From Halogeometricum borinquense DSM 11551 (lineage in GTDB: Archaea > Halobacteriota > Halobacteria > Halobacteriales > Haloferacaceae), in NCBI RefSeq assembly GCF_000172995.2, contig NC_014729.1, forward strand, positions 1,530,001 through 1,562,000: DNA of 32,000 nucleotides. The letters run 5' to 3'. Below are positions 1-7,952 of the stretch, piece after piece (within the stretch, counting starts at the first letter, position 1; every line of letters begins with the position of its first letter). The notes under the pieces are model-generated. The model was given only the letters and a program-made list of their open reading frames with translations, searched no databases and was not told the origin of the DNA. Both the position numbers and the translations under genes were made by a program.

Positions 1-295
1 TTGTCTTTGCCCCGTTTTCAGGTGTGGTCTCGACCCGTTCTTGCGGAAAATTGACACAGTTTGTGCTGCTAGACGCGTTCTCCTCTAGATAATAGCATAT
101 ACCAGCATAACCCCACTTATATTGTTCTATGCTGGCTAGCTTTTGAAAGTTATCTGTGTCTATGACTATATACTGGTGGTGCTTGGCTGCACTCACACAA
201 ATAAAATTTTGAAATTCTGTTTCCTCTGATAGGACTGAAATAGTTTCTTGGCTCGATTGAAGCAGTTGACTTGAGCGTGCAGAGTGGAAGTTCAC
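1..295 (-). CDS. partial ORF of unknown function in AT-rich DNA (first 98 codons; continues beyond the left edge)
   Basis: Not in the supplied track (no stop inside the window). The minus-strand frame from GTG 295-293 is stop-free to position 1: VNFHSARSSQLLQSSQETISVLSEETEFQNFICVSAAKHHQYIVIDTDNFQKLASIEQYKWGYAGICYYLEENASSSTNCVNFPQERVETTPENGAKT. A 98-codon open frame in visibly AT-rich DNA is unlikely by chance. AATTATATT lies about 20 nt upstream on that strand. No family recognised; start codon uncertain. Confidence 0.4.
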   Translation of the reverse strand, partial: MNFHSARSSQLLQSSQETISVLSEETEFQNFICVSAAKHHQYIVIDTDNFQKLASIEQYKWGYAGICYYLEENASSSTNCVNFPQERVETTPENGAKT

Positions 296-1635
296 GCCAT
301 ATTAATTCAGAATATAATTCAGGAAATAATAGGGTTCTGGAGCGCTGTCTTCACCCCGTGTACCCTTGGGGTCACGGCCACGAAACGTGCTTCCAGAAAG
401 GAGAAAATATTGCCCCAATCTGATCGTGTTCTCTCCGAGACGACGTTTTTACGCACAATTTCGTATCCCCCGACGAGCTGTCGGACTCGAACGCGGGTCC
501 AGGGACGGGCCGTCCGAAAGGGGTGGATCAGCGAGAGTGTAGATCACCGTTCGAAAACGACGCCGTTCAAATAAGTGAACTCACGCTGATGTGCGTCTCT
601 TTCGGTCCTGTGGTCGTATCATCGGTCGATGAAGTGGGACTGAATGGACGACCAAATGCTTCACCCGTCGTGTGCGTCATCGTTCGAGACTTTGTCGGAC
701 GGAAGCAGTGGTGACGGTGAAAGCCATGGTTGAACGGGCGTTCGGGAACGAGAGGACCGATACGGTGATCGCTGTTCGGAGACGAGCCTGCTTCCTTCTC
801 GGGGCATAGAACCCGCTATCTACTACACTTTCGTCGCGTCTGTAGGAAACCATCTCCGATTATACGGTCCTGTGTGCCCGGCTGAATCCCAGTTTTAAGG
901 CTTCCAAGGGTATCTGAAGCCGAGGTACGGTTCGACACGCGATTGAGCAACCGCTGCTGATGTTTGGCCGTACTGCCCGGCACACTGTATTGTGCGATAC
1001 TAAGCGTGCCGTCGGCTCTCGAAACCACTGTCTGAGGTGTGTCGAACTCAGCGTCTGTGGCGTTCTCAGGTGTCGTTCGCCACGGTTGCTCTGCAACCGA
1101 TTGTGTCGTTCCCGTTCGATTCTTGCCGCGGATCTGCGGGACCGAATCGACTGTCCCGCGAGGTATGACCGCTTGAGAGCGTCGGAAGTGGTGCAGCGAT
1201 AGTTCGGTGGTGACCGGAGCGCCCGTGAGTACCTTAGACGGGCCTGAATGGGGCTGATACTCGTTCCATCCAATTCGGGAGTCCAGTCCTTGGACGGCTG
1301 GATCGCTTTCAAGGACTGTTCGCGTTAAGTGGTGTCGCAGTACGCTGGGTCAGTTGATCTGACTCCATCTGGTCGTTCTTCGATTCGTCGTTTCCTTGGA
1401 CGACTCGCGTACAGTTGCAGTTCTCGGTCCCGCGCGAGTGCCGAATGACCGGCGTACCGTGTACATGGTGCTGCGATATATCGATTGTTCGGGCGACATC
1501 TGGTGAATGGCATATGTTGCCACTCGACGCTGTAGTTGTTTGAGCCGCGACTGATAAATTTCATACTGCTATATCGAAACTGCGGATTTATTGTCCTCTA
1601 ACAGCGGTCACAATCTGCAATCTCACGGTGGCGGC

Positions 1636-2346
1636 TCAGACTTCGACGGGTTCGATAATGTCGGCGTCGTCGTTCACAGGACTGTTAACTCGCGTAGAGA
1701 CGGGGTACGCGCGCATCTCCGTGTCGGGATGGGTATCGAGGAGCGATTCGGCATCAGCAGCGTCGCCGTGCAGCCACGTTTCTTCTTCGTCGGGAGCGAG
1801 GATCACGGACATCCGGTCGTGGAGGTCCGAAACGAGTTCGTTCGGTTCCGCTGTGACGACGGTGAACGTCTCCAGTATCTCCGGTTCGGCGTCGGTCGCA
1901 TCTCCGTCGCCCGCAAAGTCGCCGAGTCCGGTCTGGGTTTGCGGTGGTTTCCAGCGTTCCCACAGGCCCGCCATCGCAAACGGCCGGTCGTCCTCGAAAG
2001 CGACGCGGTACGGTTGTTTTCCGTTGTCGGCCGATACCCACTCGTAGAACCCGTCTGCGGGGACGAGGCATCGTCGGCGCTCGAACGCGTCACGGAAACT
2101 CGGTTTCTCACGGACTGTCTCCGCCCGTGCGTTGATGAGGGTGTTCCCGACCGACTGGTCGTCCGCCCACTGCGGGACGAGACCCCACTTCAGGAATCGA
2201 AACGCCTCGGGGTCGTCGTCCGTCACGACTGGAAGCCGCTGTCCGGGCGCACAGTTGTATCGCGGTTCGGGAGGCGTCTCGAATGTCGCGTCGAACCGTT
2301 CTGCCAGTTCCTCCTGCGGGGTGAACAAACTGTACCGGCCACACAT
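1636..2346 (-). CDS. SOS-response-associated peptidase (SRAP / YedK / HMCES family, abasic-site DNA-protein crosslinking)
   Basis: Track ORF 1636..2418 trimmed to the internal ATG at 2346, so the protein begins MCGRYSL (catalytic Cys2). Also NARAET, PADGFYEW and HDRMSVIL motifs typical of the family. The longer N-terminus is only a translation of an intergenic tandem repeat. Confidence 0.9.
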   Translation of the reverse strand: MCGRYSLFTPQEELAERFDATFETPPEPRYNCAPGQRLPVVTDDDPEAFRFLKWGLVPQWADDQSVGNTLINARAETVREKPSFRDAFERRRCLVPADGFYEWVSADNGKQPYRVAFEDDRPFAMAGLWERWKPPQTQTGLGDFAGDGDATDAEPEILETFTVVTAEPNELVSDLHDRMSVILAPDEEETWLHGDAADAESLLDTHPDTEMRAYPVSTRVNSPVNDDADIIEPVEV

Positions 2347-2380
2347 GAGTCCGGATACGCGCGCCGCGGACAAAACACTG

Positions 2381-2414
2381 CGGCACTCCCGAACAGTCCG
2401 GCACTCCCGAACAG
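2381..2414. repeat. tandem direct repeat, 2 x CGGCACTCCCGAACAG with 18-nt period, in a divergent promoter
   Basis: Identical 16-mers at 2381-2396 and 2399-2414 separated by TC. They sit between the start codons at 2346 (-) and 2478 (+). Confidence 0.85.
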
Positions 2415-2477
2415 CCATTGCGGCGTATCTCGGACGTACTCGAAGGGTTTAGGCGTCGGCGTAACTCCGTTCGGTAC

Positions 2478-3233
2478 ATGCGCATCGAGAACAGTTTCAT
2501 CCCCGTCCACGGCGTGGGCGAACGGACCGAACGGTCGCTCTGGGAGGAGGGCGTCCTCACGTGGGAGGCGTTCGATCCGTCCGTGGCCCCCGTGGGTGAG
2601 AAGACGGGCCAGCGAATCGAGACGTTCGTCGCCGACGCACTCGAACGATTAGACGACGGCGACGCTCGCTACTTCGGCGACGCCTTCCCGTCGGGCGAAC
2701 GCTGGCGACTGTACGAGAACTTCCGCGAAGACACCTGCTTTTTCGACATCGAGACGACCGGGTTGGATTCGGCACAGAACGACGTGACCACTGTTTCCTT
2801 CCACCGCGACGGCGAGACGACGACGCTCGTCCGCGGACACGATCTGACCGCCGAGGCGCTCCGCGAACAGTTCACTGACGCCGCTCTTGTCGCGTCGTTC
2901 AACGGCAAACGCTTCGACGTGCCGTTCTTGGAGGACAACTTCGACATCTCAATCGATACCCCGCACATCGACCTGATGTACCCGTGCCGCCGCCTCGACC
3001 TGACGGGGGGACTCAAGAGCATCGAGAAGGCGGTCGGTATCGACCGGGACAGACCTGACCTCTCGGGCCGCGACGCGGTTCGCCTCTGGCACCAGTACGA
3101 ACGCGATGGCGACGAAGACGCCCTCGACACGCTGGTTTCGTACAACCGTGACGACACCGCGAACCTGTCGAATCTGATGGATGTCGTGGTCGAATCACTT
3201 CACGCCGACTCCATCGGACCGTTTCTTGAGTAA
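2478..3233 (+). CDS. RNase H-fold 3'-5' exonuclease (YprB-like, DEDD type) with N-terminal HhH-like segment
   Basis: Track ORF 2418..3233 trimmed to ATG 2478 (MRIENSFIPVHGVGERT...). Motifs FFDIETTGL, FNGKRFDVPFL and YNRDD. TATA-like GGGTTTAGG lies about 28 nt upstream of 2478. Confidence 0.8.
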   Translation: MRIENSFIPVHGVGERTERSLWEEGVLTWEAFDPSVAPVGEKTGQRIETFVADALERLDDGDARYFGDAFPSGERWRLYENFREDTCFFDIETTGLDSAQNDVTTVSFHRDGETTTLVRGHDLTAEALREQFTDAALVASFNGKRFDVPFLEDNFDISIDTPHIDLMYPCRRLDLTGGLKSIEKAVGIDRDRPDLSGRDAVRLWHQYERDGDEDALDTLVSYNRDDTANLSNLMDVVVESLHADSIGPFLE

Positions 3234-3320
3234 ACGCTGACGGCGGCGTCCCTCCGCTATCGACGCACGGATGCAACGGGAGACGGGACGCTTTTGTGCC
3301 CCCCGCGATAGGCCGGTCAC

Positions 3321-3650
3321 ATGACGACCGACGCGGACGCCGACGAAGCGGTCGAAACCGAGGGAGAGCCTGCTGACTCGGAGACGACCGACGAAGCGGC
3401 CTTCGACGGGGAATCGACTGATTCGGAGGCTGCGGGTACTGGGAGTGCGAGCCAGACTGATCTGAACAACGGATACGACGACACCGTTCCGAACGTCGAA
3501 CTTGGACTCTACCAACTGTCGGTTCGAGTAAGCGGTCGATCCGAAGACGACCTACAGTCGGTCGAAGACTCGGCCAAGCGTCTCATGGACTACCTCATCG
3601 ACCGAGCCGAAGAACTGGAGGAACGACCGGACGACCGCGGACTAAGCTAG
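3321..3650 (+). CDS. small very acidic hypothetical protein
   Basis: 109-aa ORF with halophile-type D/E/T-rich N-terminus and a structured-looking C-terminal half (LYQLSVRVSGRSEDDLQSVEDSAKRLMDYLIDRAEELEE). High third-position GC. TATA-like GCTTTTGTG about 28 nt upstream and a T5 run just downstream. No family recognised. Confidence 0.6.
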   Translation: MTTDADADEAVETEGEPADSETTDEAAFDGESTDSEAAGTGSASQTDLNNGYDDTVPNVELGLYQLSVRVSGRSEDDLQSVEDSAKRLMDYLIDRAEELEERPDDRGLS

Positions 3651-3652
3651 TC

Positions 3653-3657
3653 TTTTT
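3653..3657 (+). terminator. oligo-T run (archaeal-type intrinsic terminator candidate)
   Basis: TTTTT begins 3 nt after the stop codon of the 3321..3650 gene (CTAGTCTTTTTGG). Confidence 0.35.
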
Positions 3658-3700
3658 GGCGAACCTAAACGCTAAAATAGACGGGTAGCAAACCCCGGGT

Positions 3701-4387
3701 GTGACCGAGCAGTTCACCTTCGACGACGTGGCTGTCGTCATGGGGACGTACAACGAGGAACAGGCCATCGGGGCGGTGTTGGCCGACATCGACCGCATCA
3801 CCGACGGCCGGGCAGAAGTCGTCTGCGTCGATGGGTCCGACGACCGAACGCCGGAAATCGCGCGGCAGATGGGCGCAACAGTCATCGAACAGGAACCACA
3901 AGGATACGGCGTTGCCGTCCGTGAAGCCGTGTTGACGCCCGACCGTCCGGTAGTCGTCACCACCGACTGCGACGACACCTACCCGATGGAGATGCTCCCG
4001 ACGTTTCTCGACCGAATCAACGACGGGTACGACGTTGTTTCCGGCGACCGACTCTCGCCCGGCGCGACGGCGATGCCGACACTGAACCGCTACGGAAACG
4101 CCGCATTCGCGCTTCTCGCCTCGCTCTTGATGGGCCGTCGCGTCCACGATACCACGACGGGGATGCGGGCGTACCGCCGCGAACTCCTGCACGACATCGA
4201 CTGGACAGAGAACACCGGTCTCTCGGCGGAACTTCTCATCCGGCCCCTGATGCGAGACTATCGCGTCACTGAAGTCCCGATTCCGTACCGTGAACGCGCG
4301 GGCGAGACGAAACTCGACCCGTTCCGCGGTGGCGCGGAAATCGCGTCGTCCATCGTGACGGTTTGTCTCGAAGAACGCCTCCGGTAG
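3701..4387 (+). CDS. family 2 glycosyltransferase (dolichyl-phosphate sugar synthase-like)
   Basis: GTG start. VVMGTYNEE..., DGSDDRT and DCDDTY (DxD) motifs, and PIPYRER near the C-terminus. Typical GT2/DPM1-like layout. Confidence 0.85.
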   Translation: MTEQFTFDDVAVVMGTYNEEQAIGAVLADIDRITDGRAEVVCVDGSDDRTPEIARQMGATVIEQEPQGYGVAVREAVLTPDRPVVVTTDCDDTYPMEMLPTFLDRINDGYDVVSGDRLSPGATAMPTLNRYGNAAFALLASLLMGRRVHDTTTGMRAYRRELLHDIDWTENTGLSAELLIRPLMRDYRVTEVPIPYRERAGETKLDPFRGGAEIASSIVTVCLEERLR

Positions 4388-4480
4388 GCGAGCGCTGTTC
4401 GGCTTGCTCTTCGGATCGGCTGTGTCTACATTTCACCCGACCGGCGTATCCTCATACCGTCCGACGTGCGATTTTGTGCC

Positions 4481-5617
4481 ATGAATCGCCGTACGTTTCT
4501 CGTCACTGCTGGAGTCGGAGTAACCCTCAGTCTCTCGGGCTGTCTCGACGGTTCTGGGGGGGCCGGCGCGCCGACAGACGGGTTCGAGGAGACGAACGGT
4601 GACGGCGGGATGAGCCCTGTTGGGAGCGGTAACGTGTCGCTCCCGGTACCAAAAGACGACCTGAACCGCGGCGCGTCGAAAGACGCTATCCCCGCTATCG
4701 TCTCCCCGAAGTTCGGCTCCGACTGGTCAGACGTAGACGCGACGTTAGACGACGGCGAACTCGTCATCGGCGTCGAACTCGACGGCGAGGCGCGGGCGTA
4801 CCCGCTGGCAGTACTCAACTGGCACGAAATCGTGAACGACCAGTTCGACCGTCCGGTTCTCGTTACCTACTGCCCGCTGTGTGGAAGCGCCGTCGTCGCC
4901 GAACGAACCGTCGCGGGCGACACCCGAACGTTCGGCGTCTCGGGCTACCTGTGGCAGTCGGATCTCGTCATGTACGACCGCGAGTCCGAATCGTTGTGGA
5001 GTCAGGTGCTGGCGACGGCTATCCGGGGATCACTCACCGGGTCGCAACTGGACCTCCTCCCATCGACGACCACTTCGTGGGGTGAGTGGCGCGAATCGCA
5101 CCCAGATACGTCGGTTCTGCTCCCACCGCCCGTCTCAGATACCGTCACCGGCCGACAAACGCGGGACTACGACCGGAACCCGTACCTCGGCTACGAGACG
5201 TCGAGTCGTGTCGGAATCGGCTTCAACGACGATGTTGACGACCGTTTGCACCCCAAAGCGCGGGTTATCGGCGTCGCTCACGGCGACAAAGCGGTCGCGT
5301 ACCCGCTTTCAACGCTCTCGGAGACCCCCGTCGTCAACGACGAAGTGGGTGGGCTTCCCGTCGTTGCCGCCGCGACCGTTGACGGAACGTTGGTCGCCTA
5401 CGACCGTCGGGTAGACGGGTCGGCGATCACGTTCGACCGGGAGTCGGGAACGGACGTTCTCACGGGTGACGGGTCGCGCTGGGACCTGCACACCGGGCGC
5501 GCTCTGGATGGCCCGCACGAAGGGGCCGCGCTCGCGCGCGCGAACGATAGATCTCTGATGTTCTGGTTCGCGTGGGCGGACTTCTTCCCCGAGACGACTA
5601 TTTACAGCACCGAGTGA
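4481..5617 (+). CDS. DUF3179 domain lipoprotein (Tat signal plus lipobox)
   Basis: Track ORF 4466..5617 trimmed to MNRRTFLVTAGVGVTLSLSGC (twin-arginine plus LSGC lipobox). DAIPAIVSPKF, ARAYPLAVLNWHEIVND and VTYCPLCGS are the signature I associate with DUF3179. Confidence 0.8.
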   Translation: MNRRTFLVTAGVGVTLSLSGCLDGSGGAGAPTDGFEETNGDGGMSPVGSGNVSLPVPKDDLNRGASKDAIPAIVSPKFGSDWSDVDATLDDGELVIGVELDGEARAYPLAVLNWHEIVNDQFDRPVLVTYCPLCGSAVVAERTVAGDTRTFGVSGYLWQSDLVMYDRESESLWSQVLATAIRGSLTGSQLDLLPSTTTSWGEWRESHPDTSVLLPPPVSDTVTGRQTRDYDRNPYLGYETSSRVGIGFNDDVDDRLHPKARVIGVAHGDKAVAYPLSTLSETPVVNDEVGGLPVVAAATVDGTLVAYDRRVDGSAITFDRESGTDVLTGDGSRWDLHTGRALDGPHEGAALARANDRSLMFWFAWADFFPETTIYSTE

Positions 5618-5630
5618 GCGAATCGCCGCG

Positions 5631-5831
5631 TTAGGTGTTCAGGATGTCTTTGATACGGCGCGGCTCACCGCTGAGCGAGGGGTCCTCCTCGACTATCTTC
5701 AGCACTTCGTGGTCCGTCACGTCGGGATAGGATTTCTCCGTCGCGTCCTCGATGAGCGCCTTTTCCAAGCGGAATTCGGTCCCTTGGTACTCGACATCGA
5801 CACCTTTCTCGTCGAACGACAAAACCGTCAT
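5631..5831 (-). CDS. small acidic hypothetical protein (66 aa)
   Basis: Track ORF 5631..5864 starts at GTG. I trimmed it to ATG 5831 (MTVLSFDEKGVDVEYQG...) because a T-rich TATA-like element (TTTTTGTA on the minus strand) lies 22-30 nt upstream of it. Acidic composition, high GC3. Confidence 0.6.
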   Translation of the reverse strand: MTVLSFDEKGVDVEYQGTEFRLEKALIEDATEKSYPDVTDHEVLKIVEEDPSLSGEPRRIKDILNT

Positions 5832-5906
5832 ATTGCGTGGTAATTCGCCGACGTACAAAAACACGTCCCCAGTCGCGTCAGCTCTCTGTCTTGCGAGGCG
5901 CTTATA

Positions 5907-6782
5907 ATGACGGGCGCATCACAGAGGAGTGTGTCACTCGGTTCGGATCCGCTCGATGCGCTCGAAATCCCCGACGGAACCACCGTCGAAGAGCACGACC
6001 TCGTAACTGACGGGGACGTTATCGTCGGGGGGCAGAGTACTGTCGAGTTCGGCGTCCGCGGCCGAAACGTCTTCGCGGGCGAACGTGTCCAGTTCGGCGG
6101 CGACATCGAAGCAGAGGGTGACTGCCGACTCGACGTTTGGTGCGACGTGGCCGGGAACGTCCTCGTCGGCCAAGACGCGTATCTCGGTGAACGCGTCCAC
6201 GTCGGCGGCCGTCTCATGGTCTCCGGCGATTTGGATATCGGTGACGACGTAGATATCGAGGAGGGCTTCGAGGCAAGCGGGTGGATTGTCATCCGCAACC
6301 CGGTTCCAACGCTTGTCTTTTACTTCGTCGTCCTCTCACAACTGCTTCGACTCGGTGAGAACGAGGCGGCCGACGAACTCGCCGAATCGCTCTCCGGCGA
6401 AAGCGAAGTTGACCCCCTCGTCGTCCCGCGCGGTTCGACCGTCTCCGATGACGCGTGGCAGACTTCCGCGCCCGCTCATATCGGAGACGACTGCCGTCTG
6501 CACGGTAACGTACGCGCGGAGTCCATCACCGTCGGTTCTGATAACAACGTCTTCGGCAGTCTCCGCGCACGGGGCGACATCACCGTCGGGTCGGGCACGC
6601 GCATTCACGGCGACGTGACGACGAGAAACGGAACCGTCGCTATCGAAGGCGACGCCCGTATCCTCGGAGACGTTTCGTGTGCGGAACTCGAACTCAACGA
6701 GAACGCCGCCGTAGACGGGACGATGCGGGCGAAAGGAGATATGCGAATCGTCCGTTCCGACGCCTCCCGCGACATCGAGTAG
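5907..6782 (+). CDS. polymer-forming cytoskeletal (bactofilin-like) protein with two beta-helical lobes and a central hydrophobic helix
   Basis: Repetitive G-D-V/I-x-V-x-G style beta-helix repeats in aa ~20-125 and ~195-285. The lobes are separated by the hydrophobic segment PVPTLVFYFVVLSQLLRL (nt ~6297-6351) and an acidic linker. Confidence 0.75.
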   Translation: MTGASQRSVSLGSDPLDALEIPDGTTVEEHDLVTDGDVIVGGQSTVEFGVRGRNVFAGERVQFGGDIEAEGDCRLDVWCDVAGNVLVGQDAYLGERVHVGGRLMVSGDLDIGDDVDIEEGFEASGWIVIRNPVPTLVFYFVVLSQLLRLGENEAADELAESLSGESEVDPLVVPRGSTVSDDAWQTSAPAHIGDDCRLHGNVRAESITVGSDNNVFGSLRARGDITVGSGTRIHGDVTTRNGTVAIEGDARILGDVSCAELELNENAAVDGTMRAKGDMRIVRSDASRDIE

Positions 6783-6939
6783 CGCCTGTTTCCACCCGGA
6801 GTCGGTGTCCGCTTCGTCACGTAGTCGTCCGTCTCGCTATCATGCGGCCGTCAGTTTCACGACGGCTGTGAGGGAAACTCAAATGGCCACTGTTCTCAAC
6901 GGCATTTCTTTTTGATGGGTTGTCGTATGGCATGACAGG

Positions 6940-7857
6940 ATGAAGCACAGACGAACGCTCCTTCTTGTCGTCGTCGTTGCTCTCGCCGCCCTCGCCGGAT
7001 GTAGTGGCGGGGCAGACGATGACAGTGGCAGGGCCGAACTGCATCGCTCCGACGACGGGGCCGCGACGGCAGCGCCCACGGTTGAAACCACGTCATCGGG
7101 CGCATCGGGCGGAGCCAACAGCGACAGTGCGGCATCGTCGAAGACAGCCAACGTACAGAACCGCGCACTCATCAAAACCGGAACCGTCCGCGTTGAAGTT
7201 GACGACTTTCAAGCCTCGAAATCGAATCTCACTGCGGCCGTCCAAGGCTACGGCGGATTCGTCTCCGACACGTCGCAGGAACGCCACAGCGTCGATAACG
7301 AGACGTACCTCACGGGCCAAGTCGTCCTCCGCGTTCCTGCCGCAGACTTCGACGCCCTCGTCGAGGATGCGAAAGCTGAGGGCGAAGTGGAGGTCGTCAA
7401 GACGAACACCGAAGACGTGACCGACCGACTGGTTGACCTCGAAGCGCGACTGGAGAATCTCCGCGCACAACGTGATCAACTCCGCAAACTGTACGACGAA
7501 GCGAACACGACGGAGGACGTGCTCGCGGTCCAGCGTGAACTCTCCGACGTACAGGGCGAAATCGAGCGTTTAGAGGCACAGAAACAGTCCCTTCAGGACC
7601 GCGTCGCATTCTCGACGCTGACCGTCCGTCTGGAAGAACCCCGCCCGACGCCAGACCGCGTCGCGCCCGACCGCTGGTACGATACCCCGGTACTCTCGGC
7701 GTTCTTCCAATCGGTTGACGGCGTCGCCACCGTTGCTCGCGCCCTCGTCGTCGGCCTCGCGTACGCCCTTCCGTATTTCCTCGTGTTCGTCTTCCCGTTC
7801 GTCCTCCTCGGCGGTCTCGCGTGGCGGTTCAGACACCGGTTGCTCCCGCACTCGTAG
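6940..7857 (+). CDS. DUF4349 domain lipoprotein
   Basis: MKHRRTLLLVVVVALAALAGC signal/lipobox. Central coiled coil (LEARLENLRAQRDQLRKLYDEA..., IERLEAQKQSLQDRV). C-terminal TM helices (LVVGLAYALPYFLVFVFPFVLLGGLAW). This is the architecture I associate with DUF4349. Confidence 0.8.
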   Translation: MKHRRTLLLVVVVALAALAGCSGGADDDSGRAELHRSDDGAATAAPTVETTSSGASGGANSDSAASSKTANVQNRALIKTGTVRVEVDDFQASKSNLTAAVQGYGGFVSDTSQERHSVDNETYLTGQVVLRVPAADFDALVEDAKAEGEVEVVKTNTEDVTDRLVDLEARLENLRAQRDQLRKLYDEANTTEDVLAVQRELSDVQGEIERLEAQKQSLQDRVAFSTLTVRLEEPRPTPDRVAPDRWYDTPVLSAFFQSVDGVATVARALVVGLAYALPYFLVFVFPFVLLGGLAWRFRHRLLPHS

Positions 7858-7908
7858 CGTCCGAATCCTCTTGCCCTCTCGTAGCGTCCGAATCCCACCT
7901 TGCCCCCT
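7851..7908. repeat. tandem direct repeat, 27-nt period, 2 copies
   Basis: CTCGTAGCGTCCGAATCC at 7851-7868 and again at 7878-7895, each followed by a CTTGCCC-containing tail. Copy 1 contains the TAG stop (7855-7857) of the DUF4349 gene. The array lies upstream of the GTPase gene. Confidence 0.8.
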
Positions 7909-7952
7909 CGTTCGACCGAAAGGATGTTCCGGCCGTCCCCCGTCTTTGCGGT

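Noticed and set aside
480-495. GTTCGAGTCC on the minus strand, resembling a tRNA T-loop or partial att site at the edge of the atypical region
   Set aside because: The flanking bases do not form a T-stem, and no matching acceptor sequence or second copy was found in the window. Too short to interpret.
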